Shown here piece by piece: positions 38,375 through 47,921 of a stretch of 64,000 nt of DNA. Each line of letters opens with the position of its first letter. Position 1 is the stretch's first letter. The position numbers and the translations under genes are program-made. The DNA comes from Nitrospirales bacterium (GTDB taxonomy: Bacteria; Nitrospirota; Nitrospiria; Nitrospirales; UBA8639): positions 1-64,000 of the forward strand of contig CBDCWC010000002.1 of assembly GCA_965223295.1 (NCBI GenBank), read 5' to 3'. Below the pieces are notes generated by a model. The model saw only the letters and a list, made by a program, of their open reading frames with translations. It ran no database searches and was not told where the DNA came from.

Positions 38375-38762
38375 TAAAGTATTCAACTTTGTCCTGCCTC
38401 CAACGTGAATTGTTGACTCAAAAAGTCTTGAACCTAGTAAGCGAAAAGTGAGGTTAGTTATTTTCTTTTGACTGAAAGGCCTTCTTCGATTAATATCAGA
38501 GACAACTTTTTTATAGTTCAGACTGCATTATTTTTCCTTTATTGTACTCCCTCTCAATTAGCTATTTGGTCGTTTAGGGTGGTTGCGGTTTGGTTCGAAG
38601 AACTTGCGCTGTGAAAAGTTTTTCTTCCAACTATCTCTACATTCTAAGTAGCAGTGTATTTTTCCTCTTAGTGAACTAGACAGAAAGGTTGACTGTGTTC
38701 ATAGGGCTATTTCTTTGTGAAGCATGTGGAAGTATTGAAGGTGGTAAAGGAGCAGGAAGAAC

Positions 38763-39875
38763 ATGACTCAATCGTCCTATTCTTTTGCTTATAGTAAGCC
38801 TCAGTCACCTCAAGAGAGATCTTCTGATATGCTTGCCGTTGTGACAGGGGGGGCGGGATTCATAGGGCGCCATCTTGTGAACATGCTATTGGACTGTGGA
38901 TTCCAAGTGCGGGTTGTGGATGTCCAAGAACGTAAAAACTTTGATGCACGTGTTGAATACTTTCATGGGTCAATTTTAGATCAAGCCCTGTTGCAAACTG
39001 TGATGGAAGGAGCAAGCCACGTCTTTCATCTTGCCGCTAATCCGAACTTATGGGTGGCTGATAAGAACGAATTTCATCAGGTGAACTTCATGGGCACCCG
39101 GGCAGTCCTAGAAGCGGCCAGGCGAGCTGGCGTTCAGCGCATCGTTCATACTTCCACTGAATCAATTTTGAAGGGTCAACATGAAGAGACGGATCATCCG
39201 GTGAATGAAGGTGTGGTGCGCACGTTGGATGACATGCCTGGTCCCTATTGCCAGTCAAAATTTTTGGCCGAGCAAGAAGCGATGGCGGCAGCGCAGGATG
39301 GGCTGCCTGTTGTCATTGTGAATCCCACCTTGCCGATTGGCCCCGGCGATTATCTGCTCACGCCTCCGACTAAAATGCTGCTGGATTTTGTGAATGGAGA
39401 AAATCCGGCCTATCTGGATTTTGAAATGAATATGATTGACGTGCGGGATGCAGCCTGGGGCCATATTTTGGCGGCCGAGCGGGGGCAGGTTGGTGAACGA
39501 TATATTTTAGGCGGAGAAAATTTGAGGTTGTCACAGATTTTAGCCATTCTTCACGAACTAACAGGATTGTCGATGCCTCGATTTCGGATTCCGTATTTTT
39601 TGGCGTTCGGTGTGGCAGCGGTCTCAGAAGTTATCGCTGATACGTTTACGAATAAGCCTCCGAAAGCTTCTCTCACAGGAGTCCGAGTTGCGGGAGCCTC
39701 TATGGTGTTTGATTGTTCGAAAGCTGTGAACGAATTAGGGCTTCCTCAGAGTTCCGTGCGCCAGGCTATTGCGGAAGGATTGCTCTTTTTGTGTCAACAA
39801 GGTCACGTTCGCCAAGAAGAAATTGGATCACGACTAGAGAACTTTCAATCTGCTCCACATGTCAATATGGCATGA
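38763..39875 (+). CDS. NAD-dependent epimerase/dehydratase (HpnA/DFR-like)
   Basis: TGGAGFIG, YCQSK, NPTLPIGPGD..TP. Confidence 0.88.
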   Translation: MTQSSYSFAYSKPQSPQERSSDMLAVVTGGAGFIGRHLVNMLLDCGFQVRVVDVQERKNFDARVEYFHGSILDQALLQTVMEGASHVFHLAANPNLWVADKNEFHQVNFMGTRAVLEAARRAGVQRIVHTSTESILKGQHEETDHPVNEGVVRTLDDMPGPYCQSKFLAEQEAMAAAQDGLPVVIVNPTLPIGPGDYLLTPPTKMLLDFVNGENPAYLDFEMNMIDVRDAAWGHILAAERGQVGERYILGGENLRLSQILAILHELTGLSMPRFRIPYFLAFGVAAVSEVIADTFTNKPPKASLTGVRVAGASMVFDCSKAVNELGLPQSSVRQAIAEGLLFLCQQGHVRQEEIGSRLENFQSAPHVNMA

Positions 39876-39963
39876 TACATTCTCTCCTCAAGCAGTAAAC
39901 CTCAGATTTCGCAATCAGAATTGATTGAATCCTTGCCGAAAGAAACACAGGCGGCGCTTTTCC

Positions 39964-40824
39964 TTAAGAAGGAATGACAAAATCATAATAACCAAGGAGT
40001 CCATCGGTGATTTTTCCTGTGGCATCGGGCGCATAGTCGACGATGACATCTTGTTGTTCTTTTGATGACAATCCAGCATCCCTGATGACCACATCATTCG
40101 GTAGCAACTCCTGATTCAGATCATTGTTCGGGATGTGGTCTCCTCTGAAATAAAGTTGAGTGATGAGCGTAGGGAGCTCTGGAGCCAGGATCTTGAAATG
40201 CAAGTGCGAAGGTCGATAAATACCTCGCCGGAGATCGATCGGATAAAATCCTGGCACGATGGTTTTAAACCAATAGTTTCCTTGTTCATCGGTGACAGCT
40301 TTTCCCCAATATTGGAAATGTTCATCGTGGGCTCGATGAATAGCTACTCCTGTCTTAGGATGGGGAAAACTGTATGTCCCGTCGTCTCCTCTATGATTGT
40401 ACCGGCCTGTAGCCGAGGCGCTCCACATAATAAGAGTCGAGTTTGGAATGGGCTGGCCGGTCTTGGCATCCAGCACCCGGCCTCGGATGTAGACAATCTG
40501 CCCCTGTGCCGTACCCTTTCGTCCTTTGACAAATGTCAGATCTTGATCGTTCGCCTCACTGATTGGAATTTTGGGGTCAGCGAGTTCTCGAATGGCATCA
40601 ACTTCATCTCCATTGTCAGGAAAGAATGGGCCTAAACTCTGTTGAGGTGTAGGCTGGATGGGCTGTGCTGCGCCGCGATTGAGAGGGAACATGCTTCCTA
40701 TGAGGAATCCGATGAAGCCAGCACTTTGTATTAAGGCGCGCCGTCGCGAGATATGGTTATCCGAAGAGGGCATAGGTGCTTCTTTCTTTGGATCTGCATT
40801 CTTATTATTTTTTACTTCATTCAT
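39964..40824 (-). CDS. Intradiol ring-cleavage dioxygenase-like protein with Tat signal
   Basis: SRRRALI, PTPQQSLGPF, GRY, PGFYP, RPSHLHF, TQLYF. Confidence 0.85.
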   Translation of the reverse strand: MNEVKNNKNADPKKEAPMPSSDNHISRRRALIQSAGFIGFLIGSMFPLNRGAAQPIQPTPQQSLGPFFPDNGDEVDAIRELADPKIPISEANDQDLTFVKGRKGTAQGQIVYIRGRVLDAKTGQPIPNSTLIMWSASATGRYNHRGDDGTYSFPHPKTGVAIHRAHDEHFQYWGKAVTDEQGNYWFKTIVPGFYPIDLRRGIYRPSHLHFKILAPELPTLITQLYFRGDHIPNNDLNQELLPNDVVIRDAGLSSKEQQDVIVDYAPDATGKITDGLLGYYDFVIPS

Positions 40825-40921
40825 AGTATACTCCTTATAGTCAATTAGAATTGAAAGAAGACATGCCATTTGGCTGATGGTGTCATCTCAGTGCACTTAC
40901 TTGTGACCATCTGTATCTCTT

Positions 40922-41494
40922 ATGTCCGTTGCCCTTACTTCTGATCCTCCGAAAAAGCTCTTGGCGATCATAGCTTTTTTTGCGGTCCTGTTTCTGATTG
41001 TGGAGATTTCTGGTCTACGTGCCCAACTTTCTCCAGAGACCATTCGCGCCTTGTTTGCTCAACACACACTGATTGGGCTGGTGCTCTTTTGTGTGGCATT
41101 CAGCGTAGGGAACTTATTATATGTGCCCGGTTGGGTGTTTTTAGTGGGGGCAGTATTTGCGCTGGGAAAAGAATGGGGTGGTGTCGCGACGTTCATCGCT
41201 GGGTTGTGCTCCTCGACGTTGAGCTTTTATGTTATTCGTTATTTTGGCGGAACGGCGCTTCGTAGTGTAAGCCATCGTTGGGCAGATAAATTATTCCAGC
41301 ATTTGGACAAACGCCCTATTGTTTCTGTGGCAGCGTTGCGGTTGTTGTTTCAAACGCTTCCAGCTCTTACCTATGCCCTTGCTTTGGCAAATATTCGGTT
41401 CCGTCATTACTTTGTTGGAACTTTTCTTGGTTTGCCGATCCCTATTGCTCTCTACTGCTATTTTTTTGAGATTGTTTTTCAGTATGTACGGTAG
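40922..41494 (+). CDS. TVP38/TMEM64 (DedA/VTT) membrane protein
   Basis: VPG....GA..LG, RYFG, LRL, Y..GT.LG..P. Confidence 0.82.
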   Translation: MSVALTSDPPKKLLAIIAFFAVLFLIVEISGLRAQLSPETIRALFAQHTLIGLVLFCVAFSVGNLLYVPGWVFLVGAVFALGKEWGGVATFIAGLCSSTLSFYVIRYFGGTALRSVSHRWADKLFQHLDKRPIVSVAALRLLFQTLPALTYALALANIRFRHYFVGTFLGLPIPIALYCYFFEIVFQYVR

Positions 41495-41510
41495 AGCACA
41501 TAGATTCCTC

Positions 41511-41822
41511 CTACTCGATTTCGACCTCATGACTATCAATGACATATTGTGGAAATTGGGCTGAGGCTGTCTCCAGTTGCCGATATTGGCAGGGAGGAAT
41601 GTCCTCCTTGAGACGACGGAGAAGACTGCGGAATTTCATGTCGGGAGGGACGACACACTTCCATACATGCATGCCTGTTTCTGGTTCCTCGAAATGCATA
41701 GTCATTTGAAACCCAGGTCTCTCCATAAAATAAGCTGAGAGAAATCCAGTAATCCCCTGTATGACCCACGGGTGTTCCTGGAGGTAGCGATAACTGACTC
41801 GCAGCTCCGCTTGATGTGTCAT
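41511..41822 (-). CDS. Hypothetical protein
   Basis: Protein-like composition; start at MTHQ chosen (ORF track extends to 41903). Confidence 0.6.
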   Translation of the reverse strand: MTHQAELRVSYRYLQEHPWVIQGITGFLSAYFMERPGFQMTMHFEEPETGMHVWKCVVPPDMKFRSLLRRLKEDIPPCQYRQLETASAQFPQYVIDSHEVEIE

Positions 41823-41981
41823 GAATGTCGCAGGGAGCAAATATGAATAAGGGTGGTATGCATCGAGATATTCTAGCAGAAAAAACTGATGCCGCGCTCT
41901 CAATCATTGAACATCATTGAGAGCACGGCATCAGTTGAGAAAACAGACTAAATTGTCTGGGCCTTGGGTTATGTTAATCCC

Positions 41982-42557
41982 TTAATGTCGGCCCTTCCCT
42001 CTCTTTCCCTTTTTCCTCTTCTTTTCATGGTCGTCATCATCGTCGTCGTCATCACTATGGTCGTCATCATCGTCAAGGTCTTCGTCCTGATCGTCGTCGT
42101 TATGATTTTTCCCATGGCCGCGTTTGTGCTTTTTCCCATGCTTGCCTTTTTTACCCTTCTTTCCATGACCGTCACGATATTTTTCCATTTTTCTTTGGCG
42201 TTTTTCGTGAGCCTTTTTGAACTTTTCTTGTTGCTCAGGGGTGAGTTGGGCTTCGACCTGTGCCATCGCGTTCTGGCGCACTTCTTTCATTTGATTATGA
42301 AGGGCTTTCATTTTTTGACGTTTGTCTTCCAAAATAGGAAGGATGGCCGCTCGTTGTTCATCTGTCAGGGATAATTTTTTTGTGAGTTTGTCGAGTTTCT
42401 CCGCAGGTGCGCGTTTGTGATGCCCTTTTCCTCCACCTGCGACAACGGGTGAGGCTAACAGTCCTGCCATTGCGATGAAGACCAACGTTAACAGGGCATA
42501 GAGTATTGTGGAACGGCCCTGGACAGGTTGCTGTGTAGAGTGCATGGAACGAGTCAT
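41982..42557 (-). CDS. Periplasmic Spy/CpxP-like protein with charge-block tail
   Basis: AGGAGG RBS, signal peptide, LSLTDEQ and LTPEQQEKF motifs, K/H/G then poly-D then K/R tail. Confidence 0.78.
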   Translation of the reverse strand: MTRSMHSTQQPVQGRSTILYALLTLVFIAMAGLLASPVVAGGGKGHHKRAPAEKLDKLTKKLSLTDEQRAAILPILEDKRQKMKALHNQMKEVRQNAMAQVEAQLTPEQQEKFKKAHEKRQRKMEKYRDGHGKKGKKGKHGKKHKRGHGKNHNDDDQDEDLDDDDDHSDDDDDDDDHEKKRKKGKRGKGRH

Positions 42558-43004
42558 TCATACCTCCTTAAGTGAAAGCAAATCTGTGAACCACTGGTTG
42601 AGATACTCAGAGTGGTCAAAAGTTCTGATAGCTCGCTACAGTTTTCTGGAGAAGCCATTTCATTCATGGTATCAAGAAACAGGTACTGGTCAATGAGAGG
42701 GCAATTTTTGCCGAGGGGGTGAGATTTTGAGATTTATTTGGAATGTGTAGCGAGACTTTGTCTTCCTTGAATGCATGAGTTTTTCAAGCTATTGAGTTAT
42801 TTCTAGGCAGGAGCCAATATACCCTGTTATACTGTATGCTGCTTGTACCCCCTCCTTCTTATTTTTTCTTAGCGCCCCTTAGGTTTTGTGGATGTGTTTA
42901 GAAAAGAGTGATGACTTTTCTAAAGTTGCATCGCAGAAAATTTTGTATCAACAAGGGGCCACTTTTATTTTTATATCTTTTATCTTTTGAAAGGGTGGTG
43001 ACAA

Positions 43005-43535
43005 ATGGATGTTCAAAACTTAACTGAAGAAGAGTTATTTTTGTTAGCGAGTACTCCGGCGATGATTGGTACTGCAATGGCGTTTTCTGAAAAAAGTGGG
43101 GTGTTTGGCACGATGAAGGAAGTGTGGGCCAGTATGAAATCGCAAGCCTCTGCCCCAAAGGACTACCCCAACAATCAGTTGATTCAAGCGATTTTGCCAA
43201 AGTTGGAATCTCGTGAGGAAGTCGTAGAAAAAGCCAAACAATATCAGGAAATGGCCAAAGCCCGGTTAGAAGAAAAAGGCATCAAGACGCAAGATCAACT
43301 GCGCGATCAATTAATCAAGGATTGTGGAGAGGTGAATGACTTGTTGGCGAATAAAGTCAGTGCGCAGGAAGGCCAAGATTACAAAGCTTGGGTAATGAAG
43401 GTTGCGGAAAATGTGGCCAAGGCAGCTAAAGAAGGTGGATTTCTTGGATTTGGAGGCGAGCAAATTAGTGAAGGAGAAAAGGTCTTGGCACAAGATGTGG
43501 CGCGGGCGTTGGGCACATCGACTTCTCTCGTATAA
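43005..43535 (+). CDS. Hypothetical helical protein
   Basis: YKAWV..VAE.VA.AAKEGGFLGFGG..ISE.E pattern; GGTGG RBS. Confidence 0.8.
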   Translation: MDVQNLTEEELFLLASTPAMIGTAMAFSEKSGVFGTMKEVWASMKSQASAPKDYPNNQLIQAILPKLESREEVVEKAKQYQEMAKARLEEKGIKTQDQLRDQLIKDCGEVNDLLANKVSAQEGQDYKAWVMKVAENVAKAAKEGGFLGFGGEQISEGEKVLAQDVARALGTSTSLV

Positions 43536-43571
43536 CCAGTGGAAATGATGAAAAAAATTACCAGTGATGTT

Positions 43572-44009
43572 CTACAGAAATCCCCGGCAGTTGGCGCTTT
43601 GACAATGGCAGGGTAATTTTCCGTTATGGTGAGAGGGGTGGCAGTCCAGGGTAAGTTCAGTGTTGGCCGGGATCGGGCGGAGTGCATAAAACTCCGCCCG
43701 TTCTCCCACTATTCTCAGGAACGTATTGGGTGTGCAAGAATGATTGATAAAGCGAAATCCAGACGTTTCTAGTGAGGCATCGATCGCTTTGCCGTTGTTG
43801 ACTTCAACAATGGCGATCCATCTTTGAGTTTTGGCTCGTCGCCGCGCTTCGCTTTGGGTCACAAGTCTCCCGGTAAATTCTCCAATTTTTTGACGGGCTT
43901 GTAATGACACATTCGTAAACAGTCCCTGGCCTTCGATACGACTAGGCTTGACGGACATGGATACGGGCCAGCGTTGTGGAGCGGGTGTTCTCGGGATCTT
44001 TCTGTGCAT
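43572..44009 (-). CDS. SET-domain protein with post-SET CxC-x4-C
   Basis: SRIEGQGLF, RFINHSC.PN, ELTLDC, CHCQSANCRG. Confidence 0.9.
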   Translation of the reverse strand: MHRKIPRTPAPQRWPVSMSVKPSRIEGQGLFTNVSLQARQKIGEFTGRLVTQSEARRRAKTQRWIAIVEVNNGKAIDASLETSGFRFINHSCTPNTFLRIVGERAEFYALRPIPANTELTLDCHPSHHNGKLPCHCQSANCRGFL

Positions 44010-44026
44010 GGAGGGAATAACTCGTA

Positions 44027-45036
44027 TTATTTAATCCCGACGACCATCGAGTCTGGACCTATAAGATGCTCGACTCGAGTTTCACGGAATCCTGCTTCCT
44101 TTAGCCAGGCAGTACAATCAGCGCCGGTGTAGTCAAACCCGCCTGGTAACTCAATGAGCATATTTAAGCTCATGAGTAATCCAAACACATTTTCGCGTCG
44201 GTCGTTATCGATTAACGATTCAAAAACAATTAATGCTCCATCTTTTGGCAAGGCATCATAGGCTTTGGCTATGAGAAGTTTTTTCTCTTCAAGATTCCAG
44301 TCGTGAAGAATGTGCCCCATGGTGAGAACGTCGGCTTTGGGCAAAGGGTCTTTGAAGAAATCTCCAGGAATAAATGTGAGGCGGTTGCTCAGTTCAAAAG
44401 ACTGAATATATTCTTCAAAGATTGGCCCGGTCGGCGGAAGATCGAATCCGCTGCCTTTGATATGTGTATGCGCCAACGCGATTTGTACGGCCAACCCGCC
44501 TTGGGCTGAACCAATGTCACAAAATGTTTGATATTGAGACCAGGGAAATTGTTGGGCAATAGCCTTATTGCCTCCCATACTAATTCCCGTCATAGATTGG
44601 AGGAACGCTTTGAGTTTGTCCGGATCGGCATAGAGGGTTTCAAAAAAATTTCCGCCTTCTTTGGCTTCATTTTGGGGAAGGCCTGTCTTGAGTCCTTCGT
44701 CAACGATCCCCAATAGCGGTACAGCCGGCTGTTAGCCATTTCTAGAAATCCACCCATATAGGAGGGTTTCGCTTTATCCAGAAAAAGATCAGTTTCCGGC
44801 GTGTTGGCATACACGCCATTGTCACGCTGAAGCATGCCTAAGGCGACCAGAGCATCAAAAAAATCACGCGCACTTCGTGGGTGCAGACCTAAGCGGGTTT
44901 GCAAGGCATCGCCATCTAATGGTTGGCGGGCTAATGCGGTAAAGACCTCTAATTCAACGGCACTGAGTAGCGTTTTAGAACCCCAAAAGGCCATGCCCAG
45001 GTGCATAATTTTTTCAGGTGTGACAGCCGGTGTCAT
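44027..45036 (-). pseudogene. O-methyltransferase (dimerisation + MTase_2) split by a 1-bp frameshift near 44698
   Basis: N-half [13 protein letters not shown] and C-half [17 protein letters not shown] join as YWGSLTEGLKTG if one base is restored. Confidence 0.85.
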
Positions 45037-45087
45037 TGTTACGCTCCTCTCTTAAAGTTCTAAAGGGAATGCATGAATATTGAATTA

Positions 45088-45519
45088 CTAGTCTCCGCCT
45101 TGAAACGCATCTTCCTCGTATTCTGGAACCACGTCTTTGGTTTCAATGCCCAAGCCTCTTTGAAACGATTCTCGAATGGCCAGGATTTGATGGTGACTTG
45201 GCGTGCCTTCGATTTGCTTCCTAAATTGTGTTAAGAACTGATTGCAGGCATTTAGGCCGTGTTGAAAATACCGAGCGAGTGGGCCTTCTGTGACCTGCTG
45301 CCAGGTGATATAAATTAAAAACTCTTGAAACCATTTCGCCTTAGGGAGTTTCCCGCCATATTGCTGGAGAACTTCATAGGCGTGTTTGGCTTCTTGACCT
45401 TGGTCAGTGGAAAAGGTTTCTTCGGCTTCTAAAATATCAGTTTCAAGCTCTCCCAGTTCTCCGTGTAGCTCTGCTTGCTGAAGAGCATGATGTGCGGCTA
45501 TGGCTGGATCAAAATTCAT
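45088..45519 (-). CDS. Hypothetical protein
   Basis: 143-aa ORF co-oriented with neighbours, plausible composition. Confidence 0.7.
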   Translation of the reverse strand: MNFDPAIAAHHALQQAELHGELGELETDILEAEETFSTDQGQEAKHAYEVLQQYGGKLPKAKWFQEFLIYITWQQVTEGPLARYFQHGLNACNQFLTQFRKQIEGTPSHHQILAIRESFQRGLGIETKDVVPEYEEDAFQGGD

Positions 45520-45575
45520 GATAGCCTTTCGTTGAATGTTTGTGGGTTGGTGTGTTCTGGAGCTTCAATCACCAA

Positions 45576-46382
45576 TTACTCTTTATGCTCTTGTTGCTTT
45601 GTGATGGGGGAGGCGACGGTATGTTGCAAATACGTACCTAAAGCTTCCATCGCGCTGTTCATGAGGTCTGTCCCTCGCTGGCTAGGTGTATTCAGGTGTT
45701 GATGCGTTTCGGCCCACTCAATAGCCAGGGGAAGAGGCAAGAGACGAACTGGTTCATTCGACAAGGTACTCCAGAGGAGACTTAAGACAGTACCTGCCCT
45801 CAAGGGAACATGGAGTTCCTCAATAGGACTATTGTCCATATCTTGACACCATTCAGGGTGTGAGGTGACCAGGTGCCCTCTGCACCCAGCGGGTCGATGG
45901 TCGTAAATGGTGCAGACTTCGTTTTCAAGGAAGATACAGGGAAGACGAAGAGCATAGTAGGCACGGTTGAGGGAGTCGAGATCTTTGTCTGAAGCTTGGG
46001 AAGGGGAATTTACCAAATCTTGAAGGTGCATCAGAATCCCTGATTTCTGTAGTCGATCTTTTGTTGCCGCCAATTTTTGCCTTATTTGGTTTTGATGTTC
46101 TGGAGAGAGAGTATTCATGATTTCGACGAGTGCAAAGGCTTCCGGTGGGGAGACGGGAATCATCGTCCTGCAGCATGCAGCGCACCCTTTTTGGCATGAT
46201 ATAGTTTTTCCGGCACGGATCGTTTTGGTAATTTCCAATTCTTGTGCCTGATCTCCTAGTGAGCGGATCAGGGGGACGATTTGGGAAAGAGGAATCAAAT
46301 TAGTTGGCACGTCAATTTGTGCCTGAAGGTCTCCAGAGGAAGTCGTGATTGTGACGTCTATGCGTTCTTTCTGAGCACTCAT
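45576..46382 (-). CDS. YkgJ-family cysteine-cluster protein
   Basis: CQKGCAACC, CIFL...CTIY..RP.GCR. Confidence 0.88.
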   Translation of the reverse strand: MSAQKERIDVTITTSSGDLQAQIDVPTNLIPLSQIVPLIRSLGDQAQELEITKTIRAGKTISCQKGCAACCRTMIPVSPPEAFALVEIMNTLSPEHQNQIRQKLAATKDRLQKSGILMHLQDLVNSPSQASDKDLDSLNRAYYALRLPCIFLENEVCTIYDHRPAGCRGHLVTSHPEWCQDMDNSPIEELHVPLRAGTVLSLLWSTLSNEPVRLLPLPLAIEWAETHQHLNTPSQRGTDLMNSAMEALGTYLQHTVASPITKQQEHKE

Positions 46383-46551
46383 AATGGCATTTGTACTTCT
46401 TCTACAGAGAGCTATACGGTCTTTGATTTAGTAAAGGGCAACCTTGAATGAAAAAGCTGAGAAAAGGCCAGGGTAGTTTTAATGAGAGGTGCTGTCAATT
46501 CCTTATTTCTTTCGGTTGTTGGACCCATGTTTTGCAGGGGACTAGCCTAAG

Positions 46552-47526
46552 GTGAACAGATCTCAATCAGCAAGCTCAGCACAAAAAAGCTGGGAGAAAT
46601 TTTGTGATGGACGTCTAGATTATCTCCAAGCACTTGGCGAGGTTGTCGCGCGGAGTTTTATGCGGCGAGATACGCAACATCCAGTATTCTGTGGATGCAT
46701 TGATTGGCATTCCAGTGTGCATGGCGCCTATTCGTTACTGATTGCGGCTCGATTGACTGGACAGAAACGTTGGGTGGGCGTGGTTGACGCGTCGTTAACA
46801 AAAGACTGCCTGGATGGGGAATTTTCATCATTGCAGCAAGGGGAGCTCGATCATGAGTTGCCGTACGGGTTTTCTTGGTTTTTAGCGTTGGCCATTGAGC
46901 GGGAGAGAGGGTGGGGAAGGGCGGATCTGCGGCCACTTGCTATAGAAATCGCTTCACGCTTGGAACAGTGGATGTTTTCACTTCCGGCTGGAGGAGTTAT
47001 TCGTCATTTTCAGCAGAGAGAATATGGGAATTTAGCATGGGCGTTGTTGAATGTATGGAGTTGGAGTCAGTGGACGTCGAACCAGTCGGTACTCGACACA
47101 CTCCTCAACTTTACACGGGAGTGGGTGATGCTGCTTGATGAGACGTTGCCTCCTTCATATGACAACGTGACCGATGAGTTTTTTGCAGCGTCTCTTCAAC
47201 GAACCAGAGTGATCCTGGCGATCCTTCCACCCGAAGAATCTCAAGCATGGTTAGAAAAGTATTATCCCAAAGAATTTTCTTTGAAGCCGCTGCTTCTCCC
47301 TCAAACTCCACATTCAGCAGGCCTGAACTTTAGCCGAGCTTGGACATTCTGGACGCTCTATGCTTGTACCAGGGACGAGAGGTATCGAGGTTTGTACGTC
47401 GACCATATTCTGACTCACATGCAGCTACCTGAGTATTGGCGCAATGACTATCAGAAATATGGGCACTGGGTTCCCCAATTTGGCATCTATGCGATTGCGT
47501 TGAGTCTGAATAACGCGAAGTATTGA
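46552..47526 (+). CDS. DUF2891-like protein
   Basis: HPVFCGCIDWHSSVHG, ELPYGFSW, GLNFSRAW, Y..GHW. Confidence 0.8.
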   Translation: MNRSQSASSAQKSWEKFCDGRLDYLQALGEVVARSFMRRDTQHPVFCGCIDWHSSVHGAYSLLIAARLTGQKRWVGVVDASLTKDCLDGEFSSLQQGELDHELPYGFSWFLALAIERERGWGRADLRPLAIEIASRLEQWMFSLPAGGVIRHFQQREYGNLAWALLNVWSWSQWTSNQSVLDTLLNFTREWVMLLDETLPPSYDNVTDEFFAASLQRTRVILAILPPEESQAWLEKYYPKEFSLKPLLLPQTPHSAGLNFSRAWTFWTLYACTRDERYRGLYVDHILTHMQLPEYWRNDYQKYGHWVPQFGIYAIALSLNNAKY

Positions 47527-47699
47527 GGGTCTGTTGACAAAAAACCGCCGTCTACTTCCCGAGTCACTCAGTAGGCTATGAAAGCCGAAAGCGGCTTCGC
47601 ACAGGCGAGCGGACTTTTTTGAACCCACCCGATGTTGTTGATCGCCAAGGACTTCCTGGCGAAATACGGCCCTTGACATCTTCAGTATTCAACACTCCC
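47527..47699. mobile_element. Composite MITE (variant module A 47527-47630 + module C 47631-47699)
   Basis: gggtctgttga start, tttttgaacccaccc, then C module ending tattcaacactccc. Confidence 0.72.
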
Positions 47700-47921
47700 G
47701 TATTCAACACATCCTATAGACGTGAAAGGTGAGCGATAACAGAGGCTCAATTTGCCAACATAAAGAGGTGGTCAATGCTCTGCATAGGCGTTGTGTTTCG
47801 ATGAGACCGGGTTATTGATGCCATTGAGCATTGGGAGGAAAAATGCGTAGTTTTCCCGGGCCGCGAAAATCTTTTTGCGTATGACTCAAAATGTACAATA
47901 ACTGTGTGACGTATCTTGGGG

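Noticed and set aside
41964-42374. Very hydrophobic plus-strand ORF
   Set aside because: Antisense shadow of the Asp/Lys-rich codons of 41982-42557
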